Shown here piece by piece: positions 10,714 to 20,518 of a stretch of 64,000 nt of DNA. The DNA is from an uncultured Chloroflexia bacterium (GTDB lineage Bacteria; Chloroflexota; Anaerolineae; CG2-30-64-16). Within the stretch, counting starts at the first letter, position 1; the number at the start of each line of letters is the position of its first letter. The notes beneath the pieces were generated by a model. The model ran no database searches, had not been told where the DNA came from, and worked only from the letters and a program-made list of their open reading frames with translations. The stretch is taken from contig CAVZDU010000007.1 in NCBI GenBank assembly GCA_963774265.1, forward strand, positions 416,001 through 480,000. Reading direction: 5' to 3'. The position numbers and the translations under genes are program-made.

Positions 10714-12111
10714 ATGGGTTACTTTGAATTGCTGACCACGCAAGACCTGGACCAGATCCACGCGACAAGCATGCGGCTGTTGGCCAATGTGGGGGTTGCA
10801 TTTCCCCAGGCAGAAGTGTTACGGACCTTTCAGGAACACGGGGCCCGGGTCGATGGGGACCGCGTCTATCTGGCCGAGGCGCAGGTGATGGACGCACTTG
10901 CGAGCATCCCGAAACGGTTCACCCTCCATGCTCGCAATCCCAGGCGCAACGTGACGATCGGCGGCGGCAGTACGGTGTTTGCGCCGGGGTACGGCGCGCC
11001 GTTCCTCGTCGATGCCGAGGTGGGCAAACGCGGGGCCTCGTTGGAGGACTACCACAATCTCGCCAAACTGGCGCATGCGCTGCCAAACCAGGACGTGAGC
11101 GGCTACCTCCTCGTTGACCCGGATGTCCCGACAGCCCATTTGCACATGCTCTACGCCCACATGCTCCACTCGGATAAACCGTTCATCGGCAGCACCGCGG
11201 GTGCAGCGGGCGCTCGACAGACGCTGGAGATGGCCCGCATCCTCTACGGGGGAGACTTCGGTGACCGTGCGATCACCATCAGCTTGATCAACAGCCTGAG
11301 CCCTCTGGCCTATAGCACCGAGATGCTGGATGTGCTGATGGAATACGCGCCGGCCCGCCAGCCAATGGTGATTGCGGCGCTGGCCATGGCCGGCTCGACC
11401 GGACCGGTGACGCTGGCCGGCGTGCTGGCGATGCAGACAGCGGAGTTGTTGGCCGGGATTGTGCTGACCCAGTGGATCAGTCCGGGAATGCCCGTTGTCT
11501 TTGGATCCACCTCAACCAATATCGACATGAAGTCCGGCGCGTTGTGCATCGGCAGCCCTGAGCTTTCGCAGATGATATCCGCGCATGCCCAACTGGCGCG
11601 CTTCTATGGCATCCCATCGCGCAGCGGGGGTGCGCTCACTGACGCCAGCTACCCGGACGCGCAGGCCGGCTTCGAGTCCATGATGGGCCTGCTCACCACC
11701 GCCAACAGCGGCGTGGATTTCGTCCTCCACGCGGCGGGCATCCTCAGCTCGTACCTGGCCTTCTCGTATGAGAAGTTCGTGCTGGATGACGAGATCTGCG
11801 GCATGGTGCGGCGGCTGCGCCGCGGCTTCACCGTGGATCCCCAAACGCTGGCCTACGATGTCATCGCCAAGGTGGGGTCGGGTGGTAACTATCTGATGGA
11901 AGATCACACGGTGGAGCGGTGTCGCACGGAGTTCTGGAAGCCGGGGGTGTGCGATCGCAGCGGGTTGGAGGCGTGGATGGCCACGCGCCAGGACGCGGTG
12001 TCTCGTGCGCGCGTGCGCTGGCAGAAGCTGGTGTGCGATCACAAGGACCCCGAGCTGGATCAGGTCATCAGCCGCCAACTGGGGGCGTACCTGGAGAGTC
12101 ACATTTCATAG
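10714..12111 (+). CDS. trimethylamine methyltransferase (MttB) superfamily protein, non-pyrrolysine
   Basis: IHATSMRLL..VGVAF, FTLHARNP, MAGSTGPVTLAG, PDAQAGFE, SYEKFVLD; no in-frame amber codon. Confidence 0.92.
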   Translation: MGYFELLTTQDLDQIHATSMRLLANVGVAFPQAEVLRTFQEHGARVDGDRVYLAEAQVMDALASIPKRFTLHARNPRRNVTIGGGSTVFAPGYGAPFLVDAEVGKRGASLEDYHNLAKLAHALPNQDVSGYLLVDPDVPTAHLHMLYAHMLHSDKPFIGSTAGAAGARQTLEMARILYGGDFGDRAITISLINSLSPLAYSTEMLDVLMEYAPARQPMVIAALAMAGSTGPVTLAGVLAMQTAELLAGIVLTQWISPGMPVVFGSTSTNIDMKSGALCIGSPELSQMISAHAQLARFYGIPSRSGGALTDASYPDAQAGFESMMGLLTTANSGVDFVLHAAGILSSYLAFSYEKFVLDDEICGMVRRLRRGFTVDPQTLAYDVIAKVGSGGNYLMEDHTVERCRTEFWKPGVCDRSGLEAWMATRQDAVSRARVRWQKLVCDHKDPELDQVISRQLGAYLESHIS

Positions 12112-12114
12112 CGG

Positions 12115-12237
12115 TCGAATTCATTCGGCGGCACAACGGTGGCGGCGTCAACCAGCCGGCCGTGAATGAATTCTGACAGCCAGCCGGCCGTGAATTCATT
12201 CACGGCCTGACAGGGCGAAACCTGCTGAAGCAGGTTC
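12115..12237. repeat. hairpin cluster upstream of Y1 transposase
   Basis: CAGCCGGCCGTGAAT twice, CCGTGAATTCATTCACGG, AACCTGCTGAAGCAGGTT. Confidence 0.7.
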
Positions 12238-12266
12238 GGTTCGATTGCGAGTCAGGAGACAGATAG

Positions 12267-12776
12267 ATGCCATTCTGGCGCACATGCTATCATTTGGTGT
12301 GGGCGACAAAGAATCGTGAGTCACTGATCACACCGGAGATCGAGCCACGCCTCTACGGCTACCTCGTCCACAAAGCCTCAGAACTGGGAGTCTTTGTTTA
12401 CGCCATCAATGGCTGGACCGATCACGTCCATCTCATCGTTGCCATCCCCCCACACGTTTCTGTTTCAGACCTGGTCAAACATCTCAAGGGGACCTCTTCC
12501 CACGACCTCAACCAGCAGGGGTCCAGCATCTTTTTCACCTGGCAGCGTGGTTTCGGTGTCCTCACTGTCGGCGAGCGGCAAAGGCCTGCTGCCGAGCCGT
12601 ATGTCAGACAACAGAAAGTGCATCATCGCGACAGCACGACTGTCGCGTGGCTGGAGCGGTGTTCCGAAATCGACGATGGACCTGAAGAAACGTCATTGTC
12701 GGCCGCGTCTCTGCCAGTGCCTGCCGTGCGTGAATCACCAACGGCGTACGACCCTCTCGGCGAGCCGCCATTCTAG
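12267..12776 (+). CDS. tnpA: IS200/IS605-type Y1 HUH transposase (TnpA / RAYT-like)
   Basis: YHLVWATKNR, DHVH HUH motif, WQRGF, catalytic Y in YVRQQKVHH; no tnpB adjacent. Confidence 0.9.
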   Translation: MPFWRTCYHLVWATKNRESLITPEIEPRLYGYLVHKASELGVFVYAINGWTDHVHLIVAIPPHVSVSDLVKHLKGTSSHDLNQQGSSIFFTWQRGFGVLTVGERQRPAAEPYVRQQKVHHRDSTTVAWLERCSEIDDGPEETSLSAASLPVPAVRESPTAYDPLGEPPF

Positions 12777-12777
12777 T

Positions 12778-13080
12778 GGCGCCTGCGGTTCGAAACCGCG
12801 GGCTGATATCGGTGCCAAACCGGCTGAAGCCGGTTGCGCATGCCGGCATGGCGCACGTGGGGGGACATCAGCCCGCTTGAGCGGGCTTGCAGCGGCGCGT
12901 GCGGTTCGAAACCGCGGGCTGATATCGGTGCCAAACCGGCTGAAGCTGGTTGCGCAAGCCGGCATGGCGCACGTGGGGGGGACATCAGCCCGCTTGAGCG
13001 GGCTTGCAGATGCTCTAGCCTGGCACTTCAGTGCCAGGCGACGAAGCAGGTCTGGCGTACCAGCCGCCGGCTTCAGCCGG
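12778..13080. repeat. two tandem ~116-bp multi-hairpin units plus further hairpins (REP/BIME-like array)
   Basis: Units start near 12778 and 12894; each has GCGGTTCGAAACCGC, AACCGGCTGAAGC(C/T)GGTT and AGCCCGCTTGAGCGGGCT. Followed by GCCTGGCACTTCAGTGCCAGGC and CCGGCTTCAGCCGG. Confidence 0.9.
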
Positions 13081-13086
13081 GAGCGA

Positions 13087-13518
13087 CTAGCCAAGTAACG
13101 CCAGCAGCCCCAGCAGGTAGCTGTGCGGTCCGAAGCCGGCAATCTGGCCCACGCATACGGGCGCGATCACCGAGGTGTGGCGGAACGCCTCGCGCGGATA
13201 CACGTTGCTGAGGTGCACTTCGACGCAGGGCAGGGCGACCGCGGCGACAGCGTCGCGCAACGCATAGGAGTAGTGAGTGAGCGCGCCGGGGTTGATGAGG
13301 ATGCCATCGGCCCATCCCCGCGCGGCATGAACGGCGTCGATCAGGCCACCTTCGTGGTTTGATTGGAGGATGCGCAGCTCGACGCCCCGCGCCCCTGCCT
13401 CCCGCTCCAGCATCGCGTCGATCTCGGCCAGCGTCGTTGCACCGTACACCCCTGGCTCGCGCTGGCCCAGCAGGTTCAAGTTCGGTCCGTGAAGCACCAG
13501 TATCCGGTCCATCGGCAT
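13087..13518 (-). CDS. aroQ: type II 3-dehydroquinate dehydratase
   Basis: [31 protein letters not shown]. Confidence 0.97.
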   Translation of the reverse strand: MPMDRILVLHGPNLNLLGQREPGVYGATTLAEIDAMLEREAGARGVELRILQSNHEGGLIDAVHAARGWADGILINPGALTHYSYALRDAVAAVALPCVEVHLSNVYPREAFRHTSVIAPVCVGQIAGFGPHSYLLGLLALLG

Positions 13519-13529
13519 GCTCTCCTCCT

Positions 13530-15131
13530 CTACCCGCGAAGTGGTCCCGTGGATGCTTGTACCGCGGCTAGCGCGGCCTCGACCGCGTCACCCGGCACGT
13601 CTTCCACCAACGCGACTTTGCCGATCCGCTCAATCACGACGAATCGCAACGTGCGGCCGCGCCGCTTCTTGTCCGTCCCCATCGCGGCGATTACTGCGTC
13701 AGGGTCAAAGGGAACCCTGGTCGGCAGGCCCAGGCGCGCCAAGACCTCACCGATGTGCTCCGCCAGGCCAGCATTGCATGCACCGATGAGCTCGCTGAGC
13801 CGCGCCGCGGCCACCATGCCCACTGCCACTGCGTCGCCATGCCGCAGCGTGAAGCCCGAATGGAGTTCGAGCGCATGGCCGAACGTGTGGCCCAGGTTGA
13901 GCCAGGCGCGGTCGCCTGCCTCGAACGGATCGCGCTGCACAAGATCGACCTTGACCCGAACCGCCTGGGCGATCATCGCGCTCAGCGATTCGGGGCCATC
14001 ACCTGCCAACTGCTCGAAGAGCTTCCGATGCCCGATGATCCCCGCTTTCACCACCTCAGCCAGCCCCGACCGATACTCCGCGCCGGGCAGCGTTCGGAGG
14101 ACGTCGGGATCGATGAGGACCAGCTCCGGTTGTTTGAACGCACCGACCAGGTTCTTCCCCCCAGGGAGATCGACGCCCACCTTGCCGCCAACGCTCGCAT
14201 CGACCATCGAAAGCAAGGTGGTCGGCATCTGGACGAAGGGTACGCCGCGCAGCCAGGTTGCCGCGACGAATCCTGCCGTGTCCCCGATCACGCCGCCCCC
14301 GAGTGCAATCACGGGTTCGTTGCGGGCCAGCCTTATCTCGGTCAACTGCTTGTAAAGGTCCGCGACGGTGTCCAGTGTCTTGTGCGCCTCGCCATCAGGT
14401 GCGAGGAGAAGGTGCGTCTCGAATCCGGCCGATCGGAGTGCGCCGAGCAGCGTGTCCGCGTGGTGTAGCGCCACAGTCGGGTTCGAAATAACGGCGCAGC
14501 GGCCCGGCTTGATCCCGGCTGACAGCAGGCGGGAACCCGCTTCTGCGAGAAGGCCTTCGGCAATCAGGATGTCATAGATCGAGTCGGGGGTGCGGACAGG
14601 CAGCCGGTAGGCGCCATCGGGCAAGCCGGCGGTGATCGCGAGGACGCGATCGGCCACCCGCGCGACCGAAAGGTGAGTGGTGTCGATATGGTGTGGGAGT
14701 GATGAGTAGGCTGCGGCTCGTTCGGCAAGCAACTCGGCGATTCGCTCGCCAAGCGCCTTGCCGGCCAGCATCGGGCGATCGATTGCATGTTTCAATCGCC
14801 CCGCGATGGCGTCGGGCGCTGCCTCCAGGCAAATCACGATCCCGCCGGACAGCAGGGCAGCACGATTCTCGGCGCGCAGCACCGCTCCGCCGCCTGTCGC
14901 GACGACCAGGCCCGCCCCTTCGCTCAATTCCTGACACGCCTCAGCTTCCATTTGTCGGAAAGCCGGCTCGCCGTCCTCTGCAAATATCCGGGCAACTGGC
15001 TTGCCGGCGCGGGCTGAGATCCGCTCGTCAAGGTCGATGAAGGGCCATCCCAGGCGGTCGGCGACAACGCGGCCCGTGCTGCTCTTGCCGGTGCCCATGA
15101 AGCCGGTCAAAACGATGTTCGGCTTTGTCAC
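13530..15131 (-). CDS. aroB: shikimate kinase / 3-dehydroquinate synthase fusion (AroK-AroB)
   Basis: N-terminal [10 protein letters not shown] and TGGG; C-terminal [34 protein letters not shown]. Confidence 0.95.
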   Translation of the reverse strand: MTKPNIVLTGFMGTGKSSTGRVVADRLGWPFIDLDERISARAGKPVARIFAEDGEPAFRQMEAEACQELSEGAGLVVATGGGAVLRAENRAALLSGGIVICLEAAPDAIAGRLKHAIDRPMLAGKALGERIAELLAERAAAYSSLPHHIDTTHLSVARVADRVLAITAGLPDGAYRLPVRTPDSIYDILIAEGLLAEAGSRLLSAGIKPGRCAVISNPTVALHHADTLLGALRSAGFETHLLLAPDGEAHKTLDTVADLYKQLTEIRLARNEPVIALGGGVIGDTAGFVAATWLRGVPFVQMPTTLLSMVDASVGGKVGVDLPGGKNLVGAFKQPELVLIDPDVLRTLPGAEYRSGLAEVVKAGIIGHRKLFEQLAGDGPESLSAMIAQAVRVKVDLVQRDPFEAGDRAWLNLGHTFGHALELHSGFTLRHGDAVAVGMVAAARLSELIGACNAGLAEHIGEVLARLGLPTRVPFDPDAVIAAMGTDKKRRGRTLRFVVIERIGKVALVEDVPGDAVEAALAAVQASTGPLRG

Positions 15132-15163
15132 CTGTTCATGCCTCCGTAAGCGAATGGATGTGA

Positions 15164-16348
15164 TTACGCCTCATACCCGAACCGCCAGGTTGCATTATCC
15201 ATCGGCAGGTCGGCCAGCCGGCTGCGCCTGAGCGCGGCGAAGCGCGGTTCTTGTTCTGCGAGCGAATCGCCGCCAAGCTTTTCCATCAACGCGTCGGCAA
15301 GCACCCACGCGGCCATGGCCTCTCCGATGACCACCGCGCGGGGCGCGGCCGAAAAATCGGAGCGCTCGTACTTCGTGGGCGTGGGCGCGCCGGTGGCCAG
15401 GTCTACCGACATCAAGGGGTTCAACGTTGTGCTGATCGGCTTCATTGCCACGCGCAGCACGATGGGTTCGCCCGTGGTGACGCCGCCCTCCAGGCCGCCG
15501 GCCCGGTTCGTTGCGCGGCGCAATTCCCCGTTTTCACCGAGGATGATCTCATCGTGCACCTGCGTCCCGCGCAGGCACGCGTTGTCGAAGGCGCGACCGA
15601 TTTCGACGCCTTTCATCGCCTGGATGCTCACCATCGCGGCCGCGAGTCGTGCGTCGAGTTTGCGGTCGAAGTGGACATGGCTGCCCAGGCCGGGCGGCAC
15701 ACCCAGCGCCACGACCTCGAACACGCCGCCCAATGTGTCCTTCGCCTGCATGGTGTCCAGAATGGCCTGCCGCATCCGCTCAGCCGCGGCTGCATCAGGG
15801 CAGCGCACGTCGTTCTCCTCTGCTGCGGCGAAGCGTTCCTCATAGGGCATGGACTCAGCGATCCCCGCCTCGACATCGCCGATGCGGGTCACGTAGCCGC
15901 CCACCACAATCCCGAAATGCGCCAGGTAGGCCCGGCAGATCGCGCCCACCGCGACGCGCAGGGTGGTTTCCCGCGCGCTCGCACGTTCCAGCGCCAGCCG
16001 TAAATCCCGGTATCCGTACTTGACGGCGCCGGTCAGATCCGCATGGCCGGGCCGCGGGATGGTCATCGGCGGAACATCTTTCTCTGCCCACGACCGGTAG
16101 TCCAGGTTTGCGACCTCCACGCCAATCGGCGCGCCGGTTGTTTTGCCTGCCAGGATGCCTGCCGTAATGCGGACATGGTCTTTCTCGATCTTCATGCGCC
16201 CGCCCGCACCATAAGCCACCTGTCGTCTTGCCAGGTCGCGGTCGATCATCTCTGCGTTCACCGGCAGCCCTGCGATCATTCCCTCCAGGATGGCGGTCAG
16301 CGATGGGCCGTGGCTCTCGCCGGCGGTGAGGAATCGTAAAGTGGACAT
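15164..16348 (-). CDS. aroC: chorismate synthase
   Basis: TAGESHG, PRPGHAD, ERASARET, GGLEGG, MKPISTT. Confidence 0.97.
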   Translation of the reverse strand: MSTLRFLTAGESHGPSLTAILEGMIAGLPVNAEMIDRDLARRQVAYGAGGRMKIEKDHVRITAGILAGKTTGAPIGVEVANLDYRSWAEKDVPPMTIPRPGHADLTGAVKYGYRDLRLALERASARETTLRVAVGAICRAYLAHFGIVVGGYVTRIGDVEAGIAESMPYEERFAAAEENDVRCPDAAAAERMRQAILDTMQAKDTLGGVFEVVALGVPPGLGSHVHFDRKLDARLAAAMVSIQAMKGVEIGRAFDNACLRGTQVHDEIILGENGELRRATNRAGGLEGGVTTGEPIVLRVAMKPISTTLNPLMSVDLATGAPTPTKYERSDFSAAPRAVVIGEAMAAWVLADALMEKLGGDSLAEQEPRFAALRRSRLADLPMDNATWRFGYEA

Positions 16349-16351
16349 ATG

Positions 16352-17203
16352 TTATCCTTCGATGGCCGCACGCATGACATCTATGGGCGCAGCGCGCCCT
16401 GTCCAGATCTCAAAAGCTCGCGCCCCTTGATGCACCAACATCCCCAGCCCACCAATCGCCCGCGCGCCACACCCTGCTGCGTGACTCAGGAAGGCAGTGG
16501 GACGGTGGTAGATCAGATCATATACCACCTGGTCCGGCCGGAACGGCACGCTGAGGTCCCACGGCAGCGCGTTGTCCTCGTGCAGGCCCAGGCTGGTCGC
16601 GTTGACGATCAGATGGGCGGCGGGGGCAAGCCCGGCGATGGCGGACGGGAAGGCGTGGGCGGATAGTCGGCCGGCAGCAGAGGGGAGTGTATCTGCAATC
16701 GCTTGACATAAGTCATAAGCTTTGGCTGCGTCGCGCGCGCACACGGCCACCGATCCTCCTGCCTCCGCGAGGGCATAAGTCACCGCGCGCGCCGCGCCCC
16801 CGGAGCCGATCACCAGGGTCCGTCCGCCAGGAATCACGCCGTGTTCGTCCAGATCCCGGAGAAACCCGTGCCCGTCCGTGGTGTCACCGAGCATCGTTAC
16901 GTCCTCTTGCACCACGATCGTGTTGACCGCGCCCACCGCGACCGCGGCAGGCGTGAGCTCATGGAGGTGAGGCATGACGGCCTGCTTGTGAGGCACTGTC
17001 ACGTTGGCGCCCGCGAACCCGAGCGCGCGCAGCCCAGCCACCGCTTCGCCCACATCCTCGGGCCGCACGGGCAGCGGAACATACGCCCAATCCAGCCCCA
17101 GCGCCGCAAAGGCCGCGTTATGCATCCGCGGGCTGCGGCTGTGCGTCACAGGCCAGCCCATGACGCCCACAAGGCGGGTGCTCCCGTTGATCGTGACATT
17201 CAT
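16352..17203 (-). CDS. aroE: shikimate dehydrogenase
   Basis: GWPVTHSRSPRMHN, GANVTVPHK, GAVNT, GSGGAARA, GMLVHQG. Confidence 0.95.
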   Translation of the reverse strand: MNVTINGSTRLVGVMGWPVTHSRSPRMHNAAFAALGLDWAYVPLPVRPEDVGEAVAGLRALGFAGANVTVPHKQAVMPHLHELTPAAVAVGAVNTIVVQEDVTMLGDTTDGHGFLRDLDEHGVIPGGRTLVIGSGGAARAVTYALAEAGGSVAVCARDAAKAYDLCQAIADTLPSAAGRLSAHAFPSAIAGLAPAAHLIVNATSLGLHEDNALPWDLSVPFRPDQVVYDLIYHRPTAFLSHAAGCGARAIGGLGMLVHQGARAFEIWTGRAAPIDVMRAAIEG

Positions 17204-17207
17204 GGCC

Positions 17208-18566
17208 TTATTGCACCCACCGGATGTCGGCTCCCAGATCCTGCATCGTCTCGACAAACCCGGGAAACGAGTCGCCGATCGCCTCAGCGCCGTGCACGGT
17301 CGTCGGACCCTCGGCTGCAAGCCCGGCAACGGCCAGGGCCATCGCCAGCCGGTGATCGCGGTGGCACTCCACCTCGGACCCAACCAGTTTCGTTGGGCCG
17401 TGGACGAGCATCCCATCGGGCCGTTCCTCGATCCGCGCGCCCATTTTGCGCAGCTCGGCTGCCACGGACGCGATGCGGTCCGACTCCTTCACGCGCAGCT
17501 CCGCGGCATCACGCACGATCGTAGTTCCTTCGGCCTGGGTCGCCAGCACCGCGAAGATGGGGAACTCGTCGATGGCGCGCACCACCAGGTCGCCGCCCAC
17601 TTCGACGGCACGCAACTCGGAGGCACGCACGGCCAGCTCCCCAACAGGCTCGCCAGCGTCATCCTGCGCGTCGTTCGCAGTCGCGGTCAGGTCGATGGCC
17701 TCCGCCACGATCCCTTCCATTTGCAGCAGCAGGTCGAGCAACCCGGTGCGCGTGGGGTTCAGCCCCACGTTGCGCAGGGTTACATTCGACCGCCGCACAA
17801 TCGATGCGGCCACGAGCGGGAAGGCGGCAGAGGAGAAGTCGCCGGGGATGATGAGAGGCTTGCCTGGCCGCGCCCGCAGCCGCTGGCGTCCGGCCAGCGA
17901 CACGGATAAGCCCGCGGCTGCATTGGAGCCGGCGGAGTCTACCTCGACGCCGAACCAGCGCAGCATGCGCTCGGTGTGGTCGCGCGACGGGCCGGGCTCG
18001 TGGACGATCGTCTCGCCTTCGGCGAAAAGGCCGGCCAACAGGATCGCGGATTTGACCTGGGCGCTGGCAACGGGGAGCGTGTAGTCGATGCCCTTCAGGT
18101 TGCCGCCCCTGATCGTGAGCGGCGGCAGCCGGCCGCCATCTCGTCCAAGGACGGTCGCGCCCATCAGGCGCAGCGGCTCTGCGACCCGGCCCATGGGCCG
18201 GCGGCGCAGCGGTTCGGTTCCGGTGAGCACGGTGGTGAAAGGTTGCCCGGCCACCAGCCCTGACAGGAGGCGAATGGTGGTGCCCGAGCCCGCGCAGTGA
18301 AGCACATCCACCGGCTCAGCCAGGCCGTTGAGACCGCGTCCGTGCACGGTCAGGCGTCCACCGGCGCGGTCCTCGATCTGCACGCCCAACGCCTGCATGC
18401 ATCTCAGCGTCGCCAGGCATACCTCCGCCGGCACCCAACCTTCGATCTCGGTGTCGCCGTCGGCGATCGCCGCAAGCATGAGGCCGCGGTGGGTAATGGA
18501 TTTGTCGCCCGGAACGGTCACCGTGCCGCGCAGCGGGCCGGAGGGATGAACGATCAGGTCAGGCAT
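17208..18566 (-). CDS. aroA: EPSP synthase (class II)
   Basis: PGDKSITHR, SGTTIRL, ASAQVKSA, RDHTERML, ELRVKESDRI, DHRLAM. Confidence 0.97.
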   Translation of the reverse strand: MPDLIVHPSGPLRGTVTVPGDKSITHRGLMLAAIADGDTEIEGWVPAEVCLATLRCMQALGVQIEDRAGGRLTVHGRGLNGLAEPVDVLHCAGSGTTIRLLSGLVAGQPFTTVLTGTEPLRRRPMGRVAEPLRLMGATVLGRDGGRLPPLTIRGGNLKGIDYTLPVASAQVKSAILLAGLFAEGETIVHEPGPSRDHTERMLRWFGVEVDSAGSNAAAGLSVSLAGRQRLRARPGKPLIIPGDFSSAAFPLVAASIVRRSNVTLRNVGLNPTRTGLLDLLLQMEGIVAEAIDLTATANDAQDDAGEPVGELAVRASELRAVEVGGDLVVRAIDEFPIFAVLATQAEGTTIVRDAAELRVKESDRIASVAAELRKMGARIEERPDGMLVHGPTKLVGSEVECHRDHRLAMALAVAGLAAEGPTTVHGAEAIGDSFPGFVETMQDLGADIRWVQ

Positions 18567-18649
18567 GCTCCTCCTGTGATATATGACGGAAGGAAGAAGA
18601 AAAAATGGAAAAAGGAAAACTCTTCTGTCCTTCGTGTCCCGGTGGTGAA

Positions 18650-19495
18650 TCAGATCTTCATGGCGCGGCGCGCCTGTTGCGCCTGCGAAAGCCGCGTGCG
18701 CAATGCCGCTTCGTCGCCGCTCTGCAGCAGCGCTTCCAGGCTGCTGAGTTGATCGGTGTACGTTGCCAGCGATTCGAGCACCGCCGCGCGATTCGTCAGC
18801 AGGATATCGAGCATCATATCAACATCGCTCGCGGCGATGCGCGTGGTGTCACGGAATCCGGACGCGGCCAACCTCAATGTGAGCGGATCATCCCCCCCTG
18901 CCACCGAATTCACCAGGCCCGCCGCGACCAGGTAGGGGAGGTGACTGATCGCCGCGACCGCCCGATCGTGCACGGCCGGGTCGAGCAACCGCACGTGGCT
19001 GCCTACCGCCTCGGCCAGGCCGTGCGCCGTCCCCAGCGCGGCGTCGGACGTGCGCGGCAGAGGACACAGGACGAATGTCATCCCGGTGAAGAGATCGGCA
19101 TCGGCCGCGGCGAAGCCCCCGGTCTCCTTGCCGCACATCGGATGCCCGCCCACCGGCTGTAATCCCTCCGGCAAGCGGTCCATCGCTGCACAGACCGCCT
19201 CCTTGGTGCTGCCCAGGTCGAGGATCACCGCGCCGGGCCGCGCCAGGCGGCCCACGTCGGGCAACTGCCGCAGCAGGGTGCGCACGGGCGTCGCGAGGAC
19301 GATCAGATCTGCCTCGGCCAGTGCCCCTGAGGCGAGGTCGGTTGCGCCGGCGTCGATCGCACCGGCCGCGCCGGCAGCAGCCAGCGTTGCTGGCGTGCGC
19401 GTGACCGCCGTGATCCGGCTGGCCCACCCGGAGCGCCTCAGCGCCAGCGCCAGTGAGCCGCCCATCAGCCCCAGACCGATAATGGCGACGTGCAC
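18650..19495 (-). CDS. tyrA: prephenate/arogenate dehydrogenase
   Basis: GLGLMGGSLA, DLGSTK, GGHPMCG, HD..VAAISHLP, GFRDTTRIA. Confidence 0.95.
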   Translation of the reverse strand: MHVAIIGLGLMGGSLALALRRSGWASRITAVTRTPATLAAAGAAGAIDAGATDLASGALAEADLIVLATPVRTLLRQLPDVGRLARPGAVILDLGSTKEAVCAAMDRLPEGLQPVGGHPMCGKETGGFAAADADLFTGMTFVLCPLPRTSDAALGTAHGLAEAVGSHVRLLDPAVHDRAVAAISHLPYLVAAGLVNSVAGGDDPLTLRLAASGFRDTTRIAASDVDMMLDILLTNRAAVLESLATYTDQLSSLEALLQSGDEAALRTRLSQAQQARRAMKI

Positions 19496-20508
19496 TACAT
19501 CGTCCTTCCGATAGCGGGCGCGAGTTGTTTCAGCTCACGAACCAGCGCCGCAAACTTCTCGGGCTTCAGGGACTGGGCGCCATCGGACATCGCCAGCTCC
19601 GGGTGCGGATGCACTTCGATCATCACTCCGTCCGCGCCCGCCGCGATGCAGGCTTTGGCGGTTGGGCCGACCAGCTCCCACTTGCCCGTGCCGTGGCTCG
19701 GATCGCCGAACACAGGGAGGTGCGTCCACTGCTTCATCAGGGCAATCGCGTTGATGTCCAGAGTGTTGCGCGTGGCCGTCTCAAACGTCCGGATGCCGCG
19801 CTCGCAGATCATCACCTGGCGATTTCCGCCGCTGAGCACGTATTCCGCGGACATCAGCATTTCCTGGATGGTGCCCATCATGCTCCGCTTGAGAAACACC
19901 GGTGTGAGTGTTCGGCCCACCGCGGTCAACAGGGGAAAGTTCTGGCTGTTGCGCGCGCCGATTTGGAACACGTCGGTGTATTTGCCGACCAGCGGCACGG
20001 CTTCAGGCGACATCACCTCGGTGATGATCGGCAAGCCGGTCACCTCCCGCGCCTCCGCCAGGAGTTCCAGCCCATCCTCACCCATCCCCTGGAACGCATA
20101 GGGCGACGTGCGCGGTTTGAATGCGCCGCCGCGCAGGATATCCGCCCCTGCCTCGCGGACCGCGCAAGCCGTTTCGAGGAGCTGGCTGCGACTCTCGACC
20201 GAGCAGGGGCCGGCGATCAGCGTGATCCTCGGCCCCCCGACCTCCACCCCGCGCACGTTGATCACCGTGTTTTCGGGGTGGAAGTCGCGGCTGGCCAGCT
20301 TGAAGGGCTGGAGGATGCGGACGACCTGCTCGACGCCCGACATCATCTCGAAATTGTGTGGTTGGACCGGCCGGTCGTCGCCGACCACGCCAATGATGGT
20401 CCGCTCGGTGCCCTGGGACAAATGGGCTCTGTAACCCATCGTCTCGACCTGCCTGACAACACTATCGATCTCGGCCGCGGTGGCGGTCCCCTTCATCACG
20501 ACGATCAT
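19495..20508 (-). CDS. aroF: DAHP synthase type I-beta with N-terminal ACT-like regulatory domain
   Basis: [42 protein letters not shown]. Confidence 0.96.
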   Translation of the reverse strand: MIVVMKGTATAAEIDSVVRQVETMGYRAHLSQGTERTIIGVVGDDRPVQPHNFEMMSGVEQVVRILQPFKLASRDFHPENTVINVRGVEVGGPRITLIAGPCSVESRSQLLETACAVREAGADILRGGAFKPRTSPYAFQGMGEDGLELLAEAREVTGLPIITEVMSPEAVPLVGKYTDVFQIGARNSQNFPLLTAVGRTLTPVFLKRSMMGTIQEMLMSAEYVLSGGNRQVMICERGIRTFETATRNTLDINAIALMKQWTHLPVFGDPSHGTGKWELVGPTAKACIAAGADGVMIEVHPHPELAMSDGAQSLKPEKFAALVRELKQLAPAIGRTM

Positions 20509-20518
20509 GATGCCCTCC

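Noticed and set aside
10714-12111. Pyrrolysine recoding in MttB
   Set aside because: The ORF is full length with no in-frame TAG
12778-13010. Tandem repeats as a CRISPR array
   Set aside because: Units are near-identical over their whole length with no unique spacers, and there are no cas genes
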